Shown: positions 52,549 to 64,000, counted from the stretch's first letter. The stretch: 64,000 nucleotides of DNA from an uncultured Gemmatimonadaceae bacterium (GCA_963716745.1 OY970320.1:896001-960000), one strand, 5' to 3'. Translations and numbers: made by a program. The notes: generated from the letters alone by a model not told the origin.

Positions 52549-52612
52549 ACAGCAGTTGCCTCCTCGGCCCCGATTGGTGTAACTACAAGTATCACTCCAA
52601 CGGGGCGTCCGT

Positions 52613-53731
52613 ATGTCTCGCGTAAGGGTCCTCGCCGGCACGAAGAAAGGCGCATTCATTCTCACCGCCGACGGCAAACGGAAGAAATGGGAAGTGTCCG
52701 GTCCGCATTTCGCGGGCTGGGAGATCTACCACATGAAGGGATCGCCGGCCGATCCCGATCGCATTTACGCGTCGCAGACGAGCGGTTGGTTCGGGCAGGT
52801 GATGCAGCGCTCGAGCGACGGCGGGAAAACGTGGGAAGCGGTGGGCAACAAGTTCGCGTACACCGGCACGCCGGGCACGCATCAATGGTACGACGGCACG
52901 CCGCACCCGTGGGAATTCAAGCGCGTGTGGCACATCGAGCCGAGTCTCAAGGATCCGAACACCGTGTACGCCGGCATCGAGGACGCCGCGATCTTCAAGA
53001 GCACCGACGGCGGCACGAACTGGAAGGAGCTGCCGGGCCTGCGCGGGCACGGCACGGGCCCGGACTGGACGCCGGGCGCGGGCGGCATGTGTCTCCATAC
53101 CATTCTGCTCGATCCCAAGGATCCCAAGCGCATCTTCGTCGCGATCAGCGCGGCCGGCGCGTTCCGCACCGATGATGGCGGCGAAACGTGGAAGCCCATC
53201 AACCAGGGGCTGCGCTCGAATCACATTCCCGATCCCAAGGCCGAAGTGGGCCACTGCGTGCACCGCATCGCGATGCACAAGTCGAAACCGAAAACGCTGT
53301 TCATGCAGAAGCACTGGGACGTGATGCGCAGTCGGACGACGCGGGCGACAGCTGGCGCGAAGTGAGCGGCAATCTCCCCACCGATTTCGGTTTCGTGATC
53401 GACGTGCACGCGCACAAGCCCGAGACCATTTACGTGGTGCCGATCAAGAGCGACTCCGAGCATTTCCCCATCGGCGGCAAGCTGCAGGTGTTCCGCAGCA
53501 CCACGGGCGGCAACGAGTGGGAGCCGCTCAAGAAGGGACTGCCGCAGAAGAACTGTTATGTGAACGTGCTGCGCGACGCGATGGCGATCGACACGCTCGA
53601 CAAGTGCGGCGTGTACTTCGGCACCACCGGCGGGCAGATCTACTGCAGCGCCGACAGCGGCGACAGCTGGGGCGCGATCGCGCGCGATCTGCCGGCGGTG
53701 CTGCAGCGTGGAGGTACAGACGCTGCAATGA
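52613..53731 (+). CDS. BNR/Asp-box beta-propeller protein (sialidase-like/WD40-YVTN); two frameshifts
   Basis: Repeated S.DGG.TW Asp-boxes; GTKKGAF N-terminus. Confidence 0.88.
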
Positions 53732-54027
53732 CGGTGCGCGTGGTGCTGCCGCATCACCTGCGGATCCTCGCGCAGGTGGGAGACGAAGTCACGGTGAACG
53801 TGAACGGCGGCGGGACTCAGCGCGACGTGCTCGACGCGCTGGAATCTCAGTATCCCGTGTTGCAGGGGACGATGCGGGATCATGACACGCTTAAGAGGCG
53901 GGCGTTCATCAGGTTCTTTGCGTGCGAACGAGACCTCACATTCGAGCCGGCCGATGCGCCGCTGCCGGAGGCGGTGCGGAAAGGGGACGAGCCTTTCTTG
54001 GTGATCGGAGCGATCGCGGGAGGCTGA
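53728..54027 (+). CDS. MoaD/ThiS-family ubiquitin-like protein
   Basis: VRVVLP.HLR.LA...C-terminal AIAGG; ATGA overlap with the upstream gene. Confidence 0.88.
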   Translation: MTVRVVLPHHLRILAQVGDEVTVNVNGGGTQRDVLDALESQYPVLQGTMRDHDTLKRRAFIRFFACERDLTFEPADAPLPEAVRKGDEPFLVIGAIAGG

Positions 54028-54160
54028 ACGGCAACGGCCGGGAACCGATTACCGGGAACCGGTGATGCATGAAAACGCATGGTATTACGACATCGCGCAC
54101 TGTCGTAACGCCATGCATTGTTATTCCTCACCGGTTCCCGGTAACCGGTTCCCGGCAGTT
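54027..54160. repeat. Family A hairpin element, copy 18
   Basis: Both ends overlap the TGA stops of the convergent genes. Confidence 0.95.
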
Positions 54161-55320
54161 CAGAATCCCATCACGCGCGCGGTCACAGAGATCCGCGCTC
54201 CGTTCCTCTCCAGCACCAGCACTCGAGTTTCTCCGGGTGTCCCGTGCATCGCGGCAGTATATCTCCCCGAACGATGCGCCCGTCGCCTCGAGTTCGCCGA
54301 TCTTGACGAGACGATCGCCGATCTCGACGCCGGATACCGTGGGTGCGCCGTTCTTGGTCGCGATCCCCGCCACGAAATACGATCCGCCTTCGGCGCGCAG
54401 CGTCAGGCCGATCTGATCCTGGTCCGTCGCATCGGGATCCGATTCTCGCAGCCAGTAACTCGTGCGGCGCGGGTAGTCGATCGTGAGCTGTGAATCCCTT
54501 CAGCACGTTCCCGCCGATCCAGCCGAGCACGGGCACCGCGTTCTTCTGCGAGTACCAATCGAAGAATTCGAGGCCGCCGGTCAAGTTCCGTCCACCGGAA
54601 ACGGCGAGCGCGCCCACGCTGTGCAGCGTCAGCGAACCCAGAGCGATCTCGGGAATGCGCATGAGCGTGCCCGTGATCTCCGAGCTGTCGCCCAGACATC
54701 ATCATGTTGCTCGCGCCCACGGCGCCCGTGCCGCGCGCCCACGCGGGATGCGCGCGCAGCCAATCGTTCGCGGCGCTCTTCCGCACCCACGTGTACGCCG
54801 ATCCGTTGTCGATGGTGATCGCGTACGGCCGGCCATCGATCGTTGCATTCACCGCGATGAGACCCGTCGCCGAGTCGAGCTGGAATGGAACGGCGATCCC
54901 CTTCGGCGTGAGTGTGCCGGGCTGTGCGAAGGTGAGCGTGCGCTTCGCATAATCGATCACGACCACATATCGCTGGAGCACACTCGCCGGAATGATCGCC
55001 GCCACGCGCAGATCGGATCCGCCGAGACGGCGCGGCGGACGGTGCACGCTCGCGATCCCCGCGGCCGGCGTCTCGACGGTCAGCGCGCCGATCGTGAATC
55101 GCAGCGGACGAATGGAGTCGAGCTGCAACTCGCGAAAGACGGAGTCCGCGAGCACGAGCGATGTGCCGCCCATGTCGATGTACGCGAGGGCGCGATGCGC
55201 CGAGCCGTCGGGGCGCAGAAAGTCGATCTGCGCGTAGACCCTGTTCCCGTCGAGGATGAAAGGCGTCGTGCCCGAATGTCTGGGCGCGCGAGCGCCGAGC
55301 ACGCGACGGCAAGACGAGCA
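54160..55320 (-). CDS. Retropepsin-like aspartyl protease with PDZ-like C-terminus; frameshifted, start uncertain
   Basis: Two lobes with IDMG and IDNGSAYT motifs; VVIDYAKR; GVEIGDRLVKIG. Confidence 0.65.
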
Positions 55321-55447
55321 ACAGCCGGGAACCGGTTACCGGGAACCGGTGAGGAATGAAAACGCATGACGTTTCGACATTGCGCGATGTCTCTACGAAA
55401 TGCGTTTTCATGCCAGACCGGTTCCCGGTAACCGGTTCCCGGCCGTT
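55320..55447. repeat. Family A hairpin element, copy 19
   Basis: Full palindrome; right end overlaps the TGA of the Zn-ribbon gene. Confidence 0.95.
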
Positions 55448-55680
55448 CAAGACCATCGCTGCAATTTCTTCGTCGACCCCGCGAGCCACTTGGCCACGAA
55501 TCCCGGCATTCCCTGTTCTCGCAGCTTCTGCTCCACGAGCTGCGTCATTTGCTCGAGCGTGAAGTCGGGCTGCTTGAACTTCGATCCATCGTAGCAATAA
55601 CTGCAGAATGCGGCTCCGGCGAGCGGTGCGGGATCTTTGCTGAGGGGCATGCCGCAGGATTGGCATCGGGTACTGGACAT
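55447..55680 (-). CDS. Zinc-ribbon domain protein
   Basis: CQSCGMPL...FCSYCY..G.F..PD.TLEQM...L.RW. Confidence 0.85.
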   Translation of the reverse strand: MSSTRCQSCGMPLSKDPAPLAGAAFCSYCYDGSKFKQPDFTLEQMTQLVEQKLREQGMPGFVAKWLAGSTKKLQRWS

Positions 55681-55694
55681 GGGTCCTCCGTCGG

Positions 55695-55781
55695 AACTGC
55701 AGACCTAGACGCTAGACCTAGACGCTAGAATACAACGGCGGCGCAGTCTAGCGTCTAGGTCTAGCGTCTAGGTCTGCCGTC
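55695..55781. repeat. Heptamer-tandem palindrome: AACTGC-AGAC(CTAGACG/CTAGAC)n ... inverted ... GCCGTC
   Basis: Read directly; right end overlaps the sulfatase stop. Confidence 0.9.
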
Positions 55782-58215
55782 AATCGATCCCCAACGCCGC
55801 GTCGTTCTCCCCCTGCTGGATCGCCTTGATCTGCTCGGGGGTGAGTTTCACTTCGCTGGTGTTGAACTTCACGCGCGCGATGGTGCCGGTGTAATCGTTG
55901 TGGAACTGTCCGTACTCGGTCGTCACGGGCGTCCCCTCATCGGCGCCGACGTCGGCGGCGTCGTCCAGTCCGTACGTGAAAGCCTGCGTCGCCGGGATCT
56001 TCCCGGTGGCCACCTTCTTCCCGTTGATGTAGAGAACGCCCGTGCCGCCCGCACCGGGCTTGCCGCCGTCATAGAGGAACGCCCATCGCATGGTGACCTT
56101 CCCCGCCGGCAACTTCTCTGGGGAGCGGATGGTCGTGAGCTGGAGCCCGAGATAGTTGTACGCGAACACCGGCTTGTTGTCCTTCACGTACAGACTCCAG
56201 CCGCCGAAGCGGCCGCCCTGCGCCATGAGTACGCCGTTCGCGCCGCCGGCAGGCACCACGATATCGGCAGTGATCGCGTACGAGCGGTTCTTCGTGTTGA
56301 TGAACGCATTCTCGCCCATCCCCACCATGCCGGGGTAGACTGTGAGCTCGGTGCGTCCGCCCATGAGGTCGGGGCGGCCCGCGATCTCGGCGTCGAAGCG
56401 TTCGATGGTGCGGTCGTCGATCGGCAGCACGTGGTACTTCAGCGCCTCGCTCATGAAGAGATCCTGCATTTCCTTGAGCTTCGCCGGCTGCGCGGCCGCC
56501 AGATCGTTGGACAGCGAGAAATCGGAATCGGCGTGATAGAGCGTCCACACATCCTGATCCAGCGTGTGCTCCGGCTTGAAATCCCACGGCGCGCGATGCA
56601 CGGTGCCGGCGAGCCATCCGTCGTGATAGATGCCTCGGTTCCCGGCGATCTCGAAGTACTGCGTATTGTGGCGGCTCCTCGCGCCTGCGCTGTCGAAGCT
56701 GTACATGAAGCTCGTGCCATCCATCGGCCACTGCATGACACCATTCACGGTGCGCGGCGCGGGAATGCCCGTGGCCTCGAGCACGGTGCTCGCGATGTCG
56801 GTCGCGTGGGTCCACTGCGTACGGAGTTCGCCCTTCATCTTGATGCGCGCCGGCCATGACACGACGAGCGGGTTCTGCGTGCCGCCGTAACTCCCGGCGA
56901 TCTGCTTGGTCCACTCGAACGGCGCGTCGGTGGCCACCGCCCAGCCGGCGGCGAAATGGCCGTAGCTGTGCGGACCACCGAGGTCGTCGAGATGCTTCGC
57001 GATGTCCTCCACCTTCTCGTTCACGCCGTTGAAATACGTCATCTCGTTGAGCATGCCCACCATGCCGCCCTCGGCGCTCGAACCGTTGTCGCCCACTTCG
57101 TAGAAGACGAGCGTATTGTCGGCGACGCCCATCTCGTGCAGCGAAGCGAGCACGCGGCCGATCTCATAGTCCGTTTGCGCGGCGAAGCCGGCGAAGACCT
57201 CCATCTCGTGCGCGAACACTTTTTTCTCGAGCGGCGAGAGCGTGTTCCAGTCCTTGATCGCCTTGGGCTTGGGGGCGAGCTTCGTGCCCGGCGGCACGAT
57301 GCCGAGCTTGAGTTGCCGCGCGAGCGTCTGTTCGCGATAGGCGTCCCAGCCGTCGTCGAATTTCCCCTTGAACTTCGCGATCCACTCCTTGGGCACCTGG
57401 TGCGGCGCGTGCGTGGCGCCGGTGGCGAAATACACGAAGAACGGCTTGTCGGGCGTGAGCGAGTGCTGCGCCTGCATCCAGCCGATCGCGCGATTCGTCA
57501 TGTCGATCGTGAAGTGATACTTGGGATCGCTCGGCGTGGGCATCAGCGTCGTGCCGTCGTACAGGAGCGGTGAGTACTGATTCGTCTCGCCGCCAATGAA
57601 GCCGTAGAATTTGTCGAAGCCCGAATGCGTGGGCCACCGGTCGAATGAACCGGAGACGCTCACTTCCCAAGGCGGCGTCTCGTGATACTTGCCGAAGGCG
57701 GCCGTGCTGTAGCCGTTCTGCCGGAGGATCTCGGCGAGCGGCGTCGTCTCGAGCGGACGAATGCCGGTGTTGCCGGTGAATGCCGTGGCGATCTCCATGA
57801 TCGCGCCGGTATTCACCGTGTGATGGTTGCGGCCCGTGAGGATCGCCATGCGCGTGGGCGAACAGAGCGCGGTGGTGTGATAGTTGTTGTACTTGAGCCC
57901 CTGCCCCGCGAGCGAATCGAGCGCCGGCATTGGGAGGGCGCCGCCGAACGCGCTGGGAGCGCCGAAGCCCATGTCATCGATGAGAATGAAGACGACGTTG
58001 GGCGCGCCCTTGGGCGCCTTCACCTCGAACGGTGGCGGCGCCTTGGCGTTGCGCGCATCGAGCGTGGTGATCACTGGGTTCACGGGACGCGCGATCGGAA
58101 GGACGCTCCGATCGAGGGCGCCCGACGGTTGCGGTGTGGCGGGCGTGGGCTCGGTGCGGCACTCGACTGCGGCGAGCGAGGCCAGTGCGAGGGCGAGTAC
58201 GTTTACGGTACGCAT
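55780..58215 (-). CDS. Arylsulfatase (Cys-type)
   Basis: NVVFILIDDMGFG, LCSPTR (CxPxR), GKYH, GDNG; signal peptide. Confidence 0.95.
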   Translation of the reverse strand: MRTVNVLALALASLAAVECRTEPTPATPQPSGALDRSVLPIARPVNPVITTLDARNAKAPPPFEVKAPKGAPNVVFILIDDMGFGAPSAFGGALPMPALDSLAGQGLKYNNYHTTALCSPTRMAILTGRNHHTVNTGAIMEIATAFTGNTGIRPLETTPLAEILRQNGYSTAAFGKYHETPPWEVSVSGSFDRWPTHSGFDKFYGFIGGETNQYSPLLYDGTTLMPTPSDPKYHFTIDMTNRAIGWMQAQHSLTPDKPFFVYFATGATHAPHQVPKEWIAKFKGKFDDGWDAYREQTLARQLKLGIVPPGTKLAPKPKAIKDWNTLSPLEKKVFAHEMEVFAGFAAQTDYEIGRVLASLHEMGVADNTLVFYEVGDNGSSAEGGMVGMLNEMTYFNGVNEKVEDIAKHLDDLGGPHSYGHFAAGWAVATDAPFEWTKQIAGSYGGTQNPLVVSWPARIKMKGELRTQWTHATDIASTVLEATGIPAPRTVNGVMQWPMDGTSFMYSFDSAGARSRHNTQYFEIAGNRGIYHDGWLAGTVHRAPWDFKPEHTLDQDVWTLYHADSDFSLSNDLAAAQPAKLKEMQDLFMSEALKYHVLPIDDRTIERFDAEIAGRPDLMGGRTELTVYPGMVGMGENAFINTKNRSYAITADIVVPAGGANGVLMAQGGRFGGWSLYVKDNKPVFAYNYLGLQLTTIRSPEKLPAGKVTMRWAFLYDGGKPGAGGTGVLYINGKKVATGKIPATQAFTYGLDDAADVGADEGTPVTTEYGQFHNDYTGTIARVKFNTSEVKLTPEQIKAIQQGENDAALGID

Positions 58216-58234
58216 ATTCCAAGCCTCTTCGCGT

Positions 58235-58260
58235 TCGGGATTCGGGACTCGGGACTCGGG
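58235..58260. repeat. Heptamer tandem (CGGGATT/CGGGACT), family F half element
   Basis: TCGGGATTCGGGACTCGGGACTCGGG. Confidence 0.75.
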
Positions 58261-58375
58261 GAACCACGACAGAATCTAGGGATTCGAGAATGGAGTCGGG
58301 CGTAGGACTTTCGTCGTACGGCTGGCTCCGCTCACCTGGCGCCGGCCGTCGATGCCCCCGCATAATCGGTCAATC

Positions 58376-58892
58376 ATGCGCGACTCCGCATCCATCAAGG
58401 CCAGTGTCGAGCGCAGCGTCAAGGCCGTCTCCATGCGCGCGAGCATCGCGCAGGGAACGGCGCGCACGGTCGCGACGCTCGGCGACGGCCTCTCGTGCAC
58501 GATCACCGAGGGCGAACACTCGATCGCGGTAGGGCTCACTGAGAAATACGGCGGCACGGGCACGGATGTGAATCCGGGCATCCTCGGGCGTGCGGCGCTC
58601 GCGAGTTGCCTCGTGCTCGGCATCGCGATGTGGGCCGCGCGCATGGACGTCGCGCTCGACGCGCTTTCCGTGGAGGTGGAGGCCGACTTCGACGTGCGCG
58701 GCGAGCTCGGCGTCTCCCCCGAGGTGCTGCCAGGTTATGCGGCGATGCGGTACGTGGTGGATGTGGCGAGCCGAGACGCCGGAAGCGGAAGTCCGCGCGA
58801 TGCTGGAGGTCGCGCTGCGCACGAGTTCGTGGGTGGACAACATGACGCGCGCGATGCCGGTCACTGGCATGGCGCGCGTGAATGGGAAATAG
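58376..58892 (+). CDS. OsmC-family protein; frameshift near 58765
   Basis: GG....NPG....AALASC...V.VEADFD.RG. Confidence 0.8.
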
Positions 58893-59709
58893 ATGGATCC
58901 CAAACTGCAGCTTCGCGTCCAGCGATACGGGTGGGACAAGGCGGCAGCGGAGTACGAGCGGTACTGGGCACGAGCTCTCGAGCCAGCGCAGAACCGATTG
59001 CTGCAACTGGCATCGCTTCGGAGCGGAGAGCGCGTGTTGGACGTGGCGTGTGGGACGGGACTCGTCACGCTGCGCGCGGCGAGCACGGTGGGCGAGCGCG
59101 GGAAAGTGATGGCGGTGGATCTGAGCGATGAGATGGTGAGAGATCTCGAGCAGAACGCCGCCGAGCAGTCGCTGTCGAATGTGATCGTGAAGCGCATGGA
59201 CGCGCAGGAGCTCGCGCTGCCCGACGGGACGTACGATGCGGCGCTGTGCGCGTTCGGGCTCATGTACGTTCCCGATCCGCTCGCGGCGCTCAAGGAGATG
59301 AAGCGCGCGCTGCGCGCCGGCGGGCGCGCAGTGATGGCCGTGTGGGGCGCGCGGGACAAGTGCGGATGGGCGGAGATATTCCCGATCGTCGAGCGGCGGG
59401 TGGAATCGGATGTGTGTCCGCTGTTCTTTCAGCTCGGGACGGCGGACGCGCTCGCGCTCAATCATGGAGCTGGCGGGGTTCACCGCGATCACGTCGGAGC
59501 GGATGAACACCACGCTCCACTACGACTCGGGATCGGATGCGTGCGGCGCGGCGTTCGTGGCGGGGCCGGTGGCGCTCGCATATTCACATTTTTCCGACTC
59601 GGACAAAGCGGCGGCTCGCGCAGAATATCTGGAGTCCATCGCGGCGTTCAAGTCGGGAGATGCGTATGAGATCCCGGGTGAATTCGTGATCGCAACCGCA
59701 ACGGCGTGA
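58893..59709 (+). CDS. Class I SAM-dependent methyltransferase (UbiE-like); frameshift near 59460
   Basis: VLDVACGTG, VDLS..MV, MDAQEL, YDAALC.FGLMY. Confidence 0.9.
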
Positions 59710-59714
59710 GTCGC

Positions 59715-59821
59715 ACCGCTGACGGCGGGACTGGGCACCGCGAGGGGCGGGATTAGCGTTAGATGGTGCCGCATCCAACGCCAATCCCGCCGTCAGCGGT
59801 ACCAGTCCCGCCGTCGGCGGT
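59715..59821. repeat. Family D palindrome, copy 1
   Basis: ACCGCTGACGGCGGGACTGG..GGCGGGATTAGCGTT / AACGCCAATCCCGCC..CCAGTCCCGCCGTCGGCGGT. Confidence 0.85.
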
Positions 59822-59916
59822 TCCAGCTACCGGAATTCGGGGAACCGCTGTAGAATTCAGGAGTAGAAGTAACTAGGTAATGCCTTGATGTGCGAGTGAT
59901 CTCGACTCGTAATTCG

Positions 59917-59957
59917 AAGGCGCGAAGGGACTCTCTCAAGTCCCGCGCGCCTTTTTT
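59917..59957 (+). terminator. Intrinsic terminator-like hairpin 30 bp upstream of the metallothionein start
   Basis: AAGGCGCG-AA-GGGACT-CTCTCA-AGTCCC-G-CGCGCCTT followed by TTTT. Confidence 0.7.
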
Positions 59958-59987
59958 CGTTCATACCGATCCTTCGGAGGATCGATC

Positions 59988-60157
59988 ATGACACCCAACG
60001 CATCTTCACCCGCGGGCTCGCCGCAGAGCGCTGTGCGCATGCCGGATGCAAGTGCTCGCCGCGCCCGGGACAGAAATTCTGCAGTGATCATTGCGCGAAG
60101 GCTGGCACCGCGAGCACCGGCGCAGCATGCGGCTGCGGACACGCGGGCTGCAACTGA
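59988..60157 (+). CDS. Bacterial metallothionein-like peptide (~56 aa); one-base frameshift near 60025
   Basis: GGAGG RBS and ATG 59988; shifted frame reads ERCAHAGCKCSPRPGQKFCSDHCAKAGTASTGAACGCGHAGCN*. Confidence 0.8.
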
Positions 60158-60285
60158 ATTCGAATTACGTTGGGCGGTAGGGAGGTGGAGGTCGAGAGTC
60201 GGTGCAGTCGACGGCTCCGAATCCGAAGTTCCAGCCTCCCTAACGCCCAGACCTCCTCGCGACCTACTCCCGGACGGTTCGCGTC

Positions 60286-60391
60286 TGTACCGCAAGGAGC
60301 GGGATTGGCGTTGGATGAGGCGACTCCACGCGAGTTGCAGTATCCAACGCCAATCCCGACGCTAGCGGTGCCAGTTCGGCCGCCAGCGGTT
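60286..60391. repeat. Family D palindrome, copy 2
   Basis: GCGGGATTGGCGTTGGAT...ATCCAACGCCAATCCCG. Confidence 0.8.
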
Positions 60392-61510
60392 CTACCGCGC
60401 CGTCAGCGATTCGCCTGTGCCGTAAGCAAGCACCACGAGCTGCTGCGGCACCCCCTGTCCGAATAATTGATCATTCGCCACCGCGACGATCTCCGCCCTC
60501 GGTCCACGCGGACCCTCTGATCCAACCGGTCCCGTTTGTCCCTTGCGGCCGACCGCGCCATCCGACGCATCGGCGACATTCGTGCCGTCGGAATTCGCCT
60601 TGCCCTGCCCTCCTCGTCCGCCAACTCCACCGTTGCCGCCGATGCCACCGGGCCCACCATAACCACCGGGCTCGCGTGCAGTCACCAGCCCCGCCATGAA
60701 CGGTTCGTCGGCCGGCACGACGATCGTCACCGACGCCGCCGCGTCCGCCGGGCGCGCCGGGTCCGCCGCTGCCGCCGTCGCCGCCCGTGCCGCCCGCCTG
60801 CGCGGGACACCCCGCCGCTCCATTCGCGCCGTCACCGCCCTTGCGGACCCGTGACGCCGACGCCGCCGCGGCCGCCGCGCGTCGCGATGCCAATGAAATC
60901 CGCGGGCGGGATCGTCGCGGCATCGTACAATTCGTAGAACGGCGCCTGCGCGCCCACCTGGATGCCGGCGACGATCAGCTTCTCGTAGAACGGCGAATGC
61001 GCGCGCGCGAGCGTGACGGTCACCGGCGGTCCGTTCTCTCCCGATTGTGCGCGGCCGCCGGGCGCGCCTTCGAACTCGAACGCGTGCTGCGCGCAGCTGT
61101 AGTCCGGTTGCACGGAGACGGTGCCGCCGATGCTCGGCTTCGCTCTGAGCGTCGCCGTGAGACGGAATCCGGTCGCTCGCCGAGAGCAATGGATCCTGCG
61201 CCGATACCCAACTGCCGTCGGAGCGGCTGCGCGCTTCGTCACTCGAGAGCGCGAGGAAATTCACGTGCAGCCGCGGCGGATGCTTCTCGTCGTAGCTGTG
61301 CACGAATGGGATATGCGTACCATCCGCGAGCACGGCTTCGTACTGCGCGGGGATCGCGGCGCCGGGGCAGACGCGCGAATAACCGGGCATGATCTGAATG
61401 GAGCGGATCTGCGCGACGAGTGCCGGATCTGGTGCGAAATCCGCCGGCGGCTGGTGGCCGCAGGCGGCGAGGGTGGAGAGGAAAAGTACGCACAGGATCG
61501 AGCGGTTCAT
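60392..61510 (-). CDS. Lipoprotein with collagen-like Gly-X-Y tract; several compensating frameshifts
   Basis: Lipobox LAAC; GGYGGPGGIGGNGGVGGRGGQG and GAVGRKGQTGPVGSEGPRGP. Confidence 0.65.
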   Translation of the reverse strand: MNRSILCVLFLSTLAACGHQPPADFAPDPALVAQIRSIQIMPGYSRVCPGAAIPAQYEAVLADGTHIPFVHSYDEKHPPRLHVNFLALSSDEARSRSDGSWVSAQDPLLSASDRIPSHGDAQSEAEHRRHRLRATGLQLRAARVRVRRRARRPRTIGRERTAGDRHARARAFAVLREADRRRHPGGRAGAVLRIVRCRDDPARGFHWHRDARRPRRRRRHGSARAVTARMERRGVPRRRAARAATAAAADPARPADAAASVTIVVPADEPFMAGLVTAREPGGYGGPGGIGGNGGVGGRGGQGKANSDGTNVADASDGAVGRKGQTGPVGSEGPRGPRAEIVAVANDQLFGQGVPQQLVVLAYGTGESLTAR

Positions 61511-61600
61511 CGAGGATCCTCACGAGTCGAGAGTCCAACGGGTGCTGTACCAGGACTGTTACGCTCTGCTAAGGGAAACCCGGCTCCGTGCGATCGTAAA

Positions 61601-61738
61601 ACCGCAAGGGGCGGGGTTGGTACCGCGAAATGCGTGTGTAGCGCTGGCATTGGGAACTGCGGCCTCCAGGGAGCTCGCAGTACACAACGCCAACGCTAAC
61701 GCGCCTCTCGCGGCACCAACCCCGCCGTCGGCGGTACC
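61601..61738. repeat. Family D palindrome, degenerate copy 3
   Basis: ACCGCAAGGGGCGGGGTTGGTACCGCG...CGCGGCACCAACCCCGCCGTCGGCGGT. Confidence 0.7.
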
Positions 61739-61801
61739 AGCACCGCAGTTCGTGCCCTTCTGCACTGGACTCCCCCCGTCCCCATTCGCACATTTGGGGT
61801 C

Positions 61802-63902
<2,101 letters not shown>

Positions 63903-63906
<4 letters not shown>

Positions 63907-64000
63907 CCGATGGAAAGCGCGTGCTGCTGGTGGAAGACAACGAGATGAATCGCGACATGCTCTCGCGCCGGCTGGCGCGGCGCGGATTCGAGGTGGGCAT
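63903..64000 (+). CDS. Response regulator receiver domain (partial, runs off the window)
   Basis: [30 protein letters not shown] overlap with the kinase. Confidence 0.88.

Noticed and set aside
53188..54027. BNR-MoaD fusion protein shown in the ORF track
   Set aside because: An indel near 53705 merges frames; the corrected propeller ends VEVQTLQ* overlapping the MoaD ATG
9935..55447. Family A repeats as a CRISPR array
   Set aside because: Copies are ~125 bp palindromes separated by whole genes rather than 30-40 bp spacers, and there are no cas genes

Overview
High-GC bacterial chromosomal window. The lineage is probably Gemmatimonadota- or Acidobacteriota-like; this is inferred from gene content only. 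Many genes contain single-base indels, most likely from an unpolished long-read assembly. Most of the window is an accessory-type patchwork of one- and two-gene units: hydrolases, transporters, lipoproteins, redox proteins, a sulfatase and a sensor kinase. These units are punctuated by a very dense set of intergenic palindromes. The dominant one is a ~120-130 bp hairpin (family A; 16 full and 3 half copies), and there are at least five other families, several sharing the same AAC-N-R-C...G-Y-N-GTT ends. An A/T-richer, family-A-free island (~37.7-46.6 kb) lies directly downstream of a tRNA-Pro(GGG). It carries a probably translationally coupled four-gene operon (RHH/wHTH-like protein, beta-class SPPY DNA methyltransferase, wHTH-like protein, ~800 aa GHKL ATPase). 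This operon faces a PD-(D/E)XK nuclease and an REase-like/DGQHR fusion protein, making the locus a candidate undescribed anti-phage/DNA-modification system. A small metallothionein missed by the ORF track sits at ~60.0 kb behind a terminator-containing leader.
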